Below, piece by piece: positions 59,563 through 64,000 of a DNA stretch of 64,000 nt. The position numbers and the translations under genes are program-made. This DNA is from an uncultured delta proteobacterium (GTDB lineage Bacteria > Myxococcota_A > Polyangia > Fen-1088), in NCBI GenBank assembly GCA_963755125.1, contig CAVWIP010000011.1, positions 96,001 through 160,000 of the forward strand, written 5' to 3'. The notes under the pieces were generated by a model. That model saw only the letters and a list, made by a program, of their open reading frames with translations. It was not told the origin of the DNA and ran no database searches. Position 1 is the first letter of the stretch. Each line of letters begins with the position of its first letter.

Positions 59563-62055
59563 CTAGAAACGCACCAGCACGCTTGCCAGTGCGCGGGGCA
59601 TGGGTACGATCGCGCCATCGCTGCGTACTTCGAGGTCGCGAAGCTCACGCTCGCGAGCATCGCACAGCGTGGCCGCTCGGATGGGGCGGCTGGGACAGGA
59701 CAAGCGCACCTCGAGCGCGGCGTGCGCAAAGCTGGCGAGACGGGCCACCACCGCGTCGCCCTGGAAGGCCGGCTTGAGCGCGGTCACCTGCACGTCGTCG
59801 CGGTCGACCAGCATCACCGAGTTGGCCAGGTCGTCCAGGTCCGGCTCGCTCGGGCCGAACATGGCGGCTCGCAGTGCCCGCCGCACGTGATGGGGCAAAC
59901 GGTTGCTTCTGGCATCTCCATCCGTCGTGAACGACACCGCGTAGTCGAGTTGCCCCTCGTGGGGATCGGTTCCCGACGCCGGGTGGGCGAGAATCGGCAG
60001 GAGGTGAAACGCCGTCTCGCGGGGCGCGTGGCGCAAGGCGATCCACTCCAAACCCCCCGCACCGTCGCTGGCGACCGCCGCGGGCCCTCCGAGAAAAGCG
60101 GCCAAACCGATGTCGCGGACTTCGTCGCGCAGGTGCACGAATGAACGCGCCGGCCAGAAGGTGGGACGGTAGAGCTTGTGCGCCGGCCGCTCGACGATTC
60201 CGCCCGGCACATCCATGGTGAGTTTCTGCGTGGTTAATCGGGTTGAAAAGTGACAGGTGATGGTCCGGCCACGCTGCGCCGAACCTTCCAGGCGCATGCG
60301 CAGGACCGGCGAGTTCTTGCGCATCCACAGCCAGCGAACAAAGGGGCGCTCGTCGAACTCCGAGTCGACGCGCACCTCGAGCACTCCGCCGCGCGTTCGC
60401 GCTTTGATGCGAGCCGGTTCGTGCCTGGCGCGTGCGTGCTCGACAAAAAAGCCGCCACGGAATTCGTGGCCCAGACGCCACAGGCCACCGCTGTCACGAT
60501 AGCTCACCAGATCATTGGAGGGGCCGCAGAGAAGCTCGTCGCCCGACGGCTTGAGGCGGAAACTGGTGATGGCGCCTCCCTGTTGCTCGCTGAGCTCGAC
60601 CCGATAGGAGTCGGTCTCCACCACCAGCGTGCCCGAGTCGAGCTGGAAGAGCGGGGGCGGGCTCGGCGGAAACTCGGGCGCCGCCGGTCGGATGGCGCGA
60701 ATGCGTGCGAGCGCATGGTCCGCTAGTGCCTCGGCCCGCGCCAGCCAGGGCTGCTGCTCTTCCCGCCAGATGCGATCGGGCGAGGTTCCGGTGATGAAAT
60801 CGTGGTGGTTGCTCAGCACCGCCAGATCCCAGGCACCGCGCAGATCGTGCGCGATCTGGGGCTCGACCGCGACGTCTGCCGGGGATGTGCCCAAGGCCGC
60901 AAGCCTCGGCAGCAGCGTCAGCTTTTCCGCGATCACCAGCTTGCGCACGGTGCGGTTGGCGCGTCGCTTGGCCTCCGGTCGGCTGGCATAGAACCCCATC
61001 CAGTAGGGATTCGGGTCCAGGGCCAGCACGGGCAGAGCCGACTGATGGCAGGCGACCAGCGCGAGGTAGTCGTCCAGGCCGGCGTTGACCGTCCACACCC
61101 CGTTCGACGGGTAGCGGGTGCGGTTGTAGCGGTCGAGCAGCGCGACCAGTTCCGCGATGGGGCCGTTGAAGTCGCCACCGATGGGACAGAACAGGTAGGG
61201 TGTGCGGGCAAGCGGCGCGAGATCCCTGAGGTAGCGTTGGATACGGCGTGCGACGTGCGTTTCAGTTCGCCAGGGAAAACCGTAGACGCGATCCATCCAG
61301 CGGACCACGCCAACGTGAGCCAGCAGATCGCCCTGGAAATAGCTGAAGGCATTCCAGTGGCACAGGACCTGCGAGCCGTCGGGGCCACGCCAGACGAAAT
61401 CGGCGGTCTTGAGTTGCTTGCCCAGCAACTCGGCGCTGGAGCCTGGCAGTGGAAAGGCCGACTTGCGGCGATAGTCGCTGCCGACAAAGTACATGCCATC
61501 GATGCGCGTGATGGCCGCCATGTCGAAGCCCAAGGCGCAAAGCAACGTGGGCAACGCCGGCGAATGGCCGAAGTCGTCGGGCAGGTATGCCAGCCGCGGT
61601 TCGACGGTCATGCCGTTGTCCTTCAGCCAGCGCTGTCCGTCGGCGTAGTCGCGCAGGATGGCTTCGGTGTCCGGCAGCACGGTGTCGGGTGTGGTGATGC
61701 CGGTGCCCGTCAAGCGCAGCCGGCGCTGGTTGATCAGGCCGCGCAGCCGCTCGCGCTGCGCCGGGTTGCCTTGCCAGTAGCGTTGCAGGAAGAACAGGCT
61801 CTCAATGGAAAAGACCCGGCGTGGCTCCTGCTCGAGCCCCTGCAAGACTCGCTCGAAAATGCGGGGGATGCACAGTTGGTAGTATTCCTCGGTGGTGTGC
61901 AGCCAGTTGGGATCCCAGTGGCTGGTTTCGCCGAATACCAGGATCTGCCTGGCTTCAGGTGGAATCCCCAGACTGGTGCGAAGCGCAGCTTCCCCAGGAC
62001 GCGCAACTATTGCGCCGTCAGAGCCGAACAATGAATCATCTTTCGCAGGCACCAA
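59563..62055 (-). CDS. GH38 alpha-mannosidase-like hydrolase
   Basis: SHWDPNW, PDDFGHS, GGDF, HHDFITGTS. Confidence 0.88.
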   Translation of the reverse strand: MVPAKDDSLFGSDGAIVARPGEAALRTSLGIPPEARQILVFGETSHWDPNWLHTTEEYYQLCIPRIFERVLQGLEQEPRRVFSIESLFFLQRYWQGNPAQRERLRGLINQRRLRLTGTGITTPDTVLPDTEAILRDYADGQRWLKDNGMTVEPRLAYLPDDFGHSPALPTLLCALGFDMAAITRIDGMYFVGSDYRRKSAFPLPGSSAELLGKQLKTADFVWRGPDGSQVLCHWNAFSYFQGDLLAHVGVVRWMDRVYGFPWRTETHVARRIQRYLRDLAPLARTPYLFCPIGGDFNGPIAELVALLDRYNRTRYPSNGVWTVNAGLDDYLALVACHQSALPVLALDPNPYWMGFYASRPEAKRRANRTVRKLVIAEKLTLLPRLAALGTSPADVAVEPQIAHDLRGAWDLAVLSNHHDFITGTSPDRIWREEQQPWLARAEALADHALARIRAIRPAAPEFPPSPPPLFQLDSGTLVVETDSYRVELSEQQGGAITSFRLKPSGDELLCGPSNDLVSYRDSGGLWRLGHEFRGGFFVEHARARHEPARIKARTRGGVLEVRVDSEFDERPFVRWLWMRKNSPVLRMRLEGSAQRGRTITCHFSTRLTTQKLTMDVPGGIVERPAHKLYRPTFWPARSFVHLRDEVRDIGLAAFLGGPAAVASDGAGGLEWIALRHAPRETAFHLLPILAHPASGTDPHEGQLDYAVSFTTDGDARSNRLPHHVRRALRAAMFGPSEPDLDDLANSVMLVDRDDVQVTALKPAFQGDAVVARLASFAHAALEVRLSCPSRPIRAATLCDARERELRDLEVRSDGAIVPMPRALASVLVRF

Positions 62056-62141
62056 GGTTCACTCGTTAAGCCTTCCAGCAGCGCCATTCATTATCAAGGA
62101 CGGTTGTGCGACCGACTGTAGATGAACGCAGGCTCCATCTC

Positions 62142-63335
62142 CTACGGAAGCGCGTAGTCCTTGCTGTGTGGCGGGGTGAAGTTCGAGCTGCCGAACAGGA
62201 TACGCGAGCGCGTGACGATGCCGCGGTTGTGGCGCAGCTCGTACCCGAGTTGCAGCAAGCCCGCGAGCCCGAGCCGGAGCGGATTCAGGTGCAAGGCTGG
62301 CGAGCCCTGCAGCCCAATTGGCGGACGAGTCGCGCTGGGAGCGACATAGGTGCCGAAAACGCGGTCCCACAGCATGAACAGGGGTCCGCCCAGGTTGATC
62401 AGCGAATGCCCCGGGAGCGCCGAGTGGTGCATGTAGTGATAGGGACCATCGCCGTAGAAGGCGCCGAGCGCACGCAGCGGCCGGTTGTGCCAAAATGTCG
62501 CGTAGAGGGCGGTGTTGTGTGAGCCGATCAGCGGGATCTGGCCAATCATGCGCAAGAGCAATGCCTCTGCAATCATGGCGTCCGAGTGAAAGAGCTTGGC
62601 GGATATTCCGAGTCCGAGCTGAAAGGGGACGCTGACGAGGAAGAACAGTGGAAAGGCGGCGAACACAGGCTGTGTGGTCGGGATGGTCAGAAACGGGGGC
62701 ATGTGGTGGGGACGATGCCAGAGAAGCCAGAATGGCCGCCAGGTGTGGCCGAGGCGGTGAAACCAATACTGGAAGAGATCGACCAGAGCGATGCTCACCA
62801 GGAGAGGAAGCGGGTAGGGCAGGTCTACCAGGGTCGGAACACGGGCAACCAGTGCCCTGGACCAGTCTGTGTAATGGCGGACAAGATGGAAGCCGAAAAA
62901 GAAACCCTGTCCCATGGCAGCGCTGACAGCGCCGGCCAGTCCCAGGCCCACATACAGCATCAGCGAAACGACCATGGTGAGCAGGAAGAAGGAGACGATT
63001 TGTCGCCGCGGCAACCCCTGGGCAATTGAGAAACCGCGATAGAGCATGATGCCGTTCCAGGCGAGCACGAACGCCCCAAGGGGAAACATGACGGCGAGCC
63101 AGCCTGGCGAGAGACCGGCAAGTTGACCGTGCAGCCGCGCCAGGGAGCTGCTAGGTTCGTCAACCAGCCCCAGGCCGAGCATGACGGTTTCATGCGCGAA
63201 CGCATCGACGACCACGGTAAGCGCAAAGGCGATGGCAAACACCACGTAGCCGGCGCGGAGCCATGGCTCCCAGCCAGCGCGCGGTTCAGGCGGTTCCCAG
63301 GCGAAAAGCCCAGTCGAGCGACCACCTCGTGCCAT
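62142..63335 (-). CDS. Sterol desaturase/fatty acid hydroxylase family protein
   Basis: His boxes HRLGH, HRPHH, HYMHH; LWDRVFGT. Confidence 0.88.
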   Translation of the reverse strand: MARGGRSTGLFAWEPPEPRAGWEPWLRAGYVVFAIAFALTVVVDAFAHETVMLGLGLVDEPSSSLARLHGQLAGLSPGWLAVMFPLGAFVLAWNGIMLYRGFSIAQGLPRRQIVSFFLLTMVVSLMLYVGLGLAGAVSAAMGQGFFFGFHLVRHYTDWSRALVARVPTLVDLPYPLPLLVSIALVDLFQYWFHRLGHTWRPFWLLWHRPHHMPPFLTIPTTQPVFAAFPLFFLVSVPFQLGLGISAKLFHSDAMIAEALLLRMIGQIPLIGSHNTALYATFWHNRPLRALGAFYGDGPYHYMHHSALPGHSLINLGGPLFMLWDRVFGTYVAPSATRPPIGLQGSPALHLNPLRLGLAGLLQLGYELRHNRGIVTRSRILFGSSNFTPPHSKDYALP

Positions 63336-63381
63336 GGCCCAATTTGTAGCACCCGGGATGGCGCTGCGCTATCTCGCGGGG

Positions 63382-64000
63382 CTATTCCACGCGTACCGCG
63401 TAGTTTCGCACCTCGGTCTTTCCCGATCCGGAGGCCACCTCGTTTCCTAGTTCCAGACAGGCGACGTAGACGTTGCCGTCCAGCAGACGTTTCTGCAGCA
63501 GGTAGTCGATGATCGCGCCGACGTCGAGAGGACCGTGCAGGATGGGTTTCGCAGCCAGCAGCGAAATAATGGTCCAGGTGTTGGAACTGCCGCCCGAGGC
63601 ATCGCCGTGATTATTGGCAAAGTAGATGTGGAATTGATTGCCAGCAATGGTCGCCGTGGCAACCAGACTGCCGGCCGGTCCCAGCCGATTCTCGGCCAGC
63701 CAGATCATCACCTCGTGGGTTATCCCGGCCTTGCTGACGATTGGGGAGGACACAGTCCAGAATTCAAAGGCCAGGTCATACGAGCCCGACGCGCGCATCG
63801 ATACGTCGAAGTCCGCGACGAGTTTCTTCGTACCGACGCGAAAGGGGAATCCCGAATTGGGGGCGACCTCGCCGGCCCAAGGGCTGTTGCCGACTTGGAT
63901 TTCCGGGTAGCTCGCCACGTCGGTCCCTCCTCCCCACCATTTCCACACCCAGCCGAAGATGGGTTTGCCATTGGATTGCTTCACGAAGATCTTCTGGCGG
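63382..64000 (-). CDS. GH12 endoglucanase-like protein (5' end outside the window)
   Basis: SYPEI..G, YDLAFEFW, HEVMIWL, LELGNEV. Confidence 0.85.
   Translation of the reverse strand, partial: RQKIFVKQSNGKPIFGWVWKWWGGGTDVASYPEIQVGNSPWAGEVAPNSGFPFRVGTKKLVADFDVSMRASGSYDLAFEFWTVSSPIVSKAGITHEVMIWLAENRLGPAGSLVATATIAGNQFHIYFANNHGDASGGSSNTWTIISLLAAKPILHGPLDVGAIIDYLLQKRLLDGNVYVACLELGNEVASGSGKTEVRNYAVRVE

Noticed and set aside
1..64000. Many long antisense or alternate-frame ORFs (e.g. 8838-10352, 39312-40835, 44521-46671)
   Set aside because: Shadow ORFs typical of high-GC DNA that overlap well-supported genes
1..64000. tRNA, rRNA, integrase, transposase or prophage genes
   Set aside because: None recognised by eye

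Overview
High-GC chromosomal window, most likely from a myxobacterium (Myxococcota/Polyangia-like). This is inferred from PilZ proteins, Gly-rich-linker lipoprotein CAZymes, an MXAN_5187-like protein, a large TPR protein and paired Get3/ArsA-like domains. Housekeeping genes (dapA/dapB, tsaB, rseP, yhbY, osmC, a divergent murQ) are interspersed with accessory blocks: an arsenic island (arsR-arsM-arsC-TusA/DsrE fusion-arsR-acr3-arsC-methyltransferase), a molybdate uptake locus (modABC, XRE-PBP regulator, TOBE protein), an orphan pfaD, a GH94 phosphorylase/GPH transporter pair, a wecE-GT2-methyltransferase block, vapBC, a TPR + MotA/MotB (ZorA/ZorB-like) cluster and a GT21/GH38/desaturase/GH12 cluster. 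I found no rRNA, tRNA, CRISPR array, integrase or transposase. The most notable observations are: an 81-bp palindromic tandem array next to a twin Cys4-motif gene, a catalytically degenerate MurQ, a fused BagA/BagB-like ATPase, a Zorya-like stator without Zorya effectors, a truncated hicA missing from the ORF track that keeps a perfect operator palindrome, and repeated scars of defence genes (DNA methylase, toxin-antitoxin). All assignments come from reading motifs by eye; no database searches were run.
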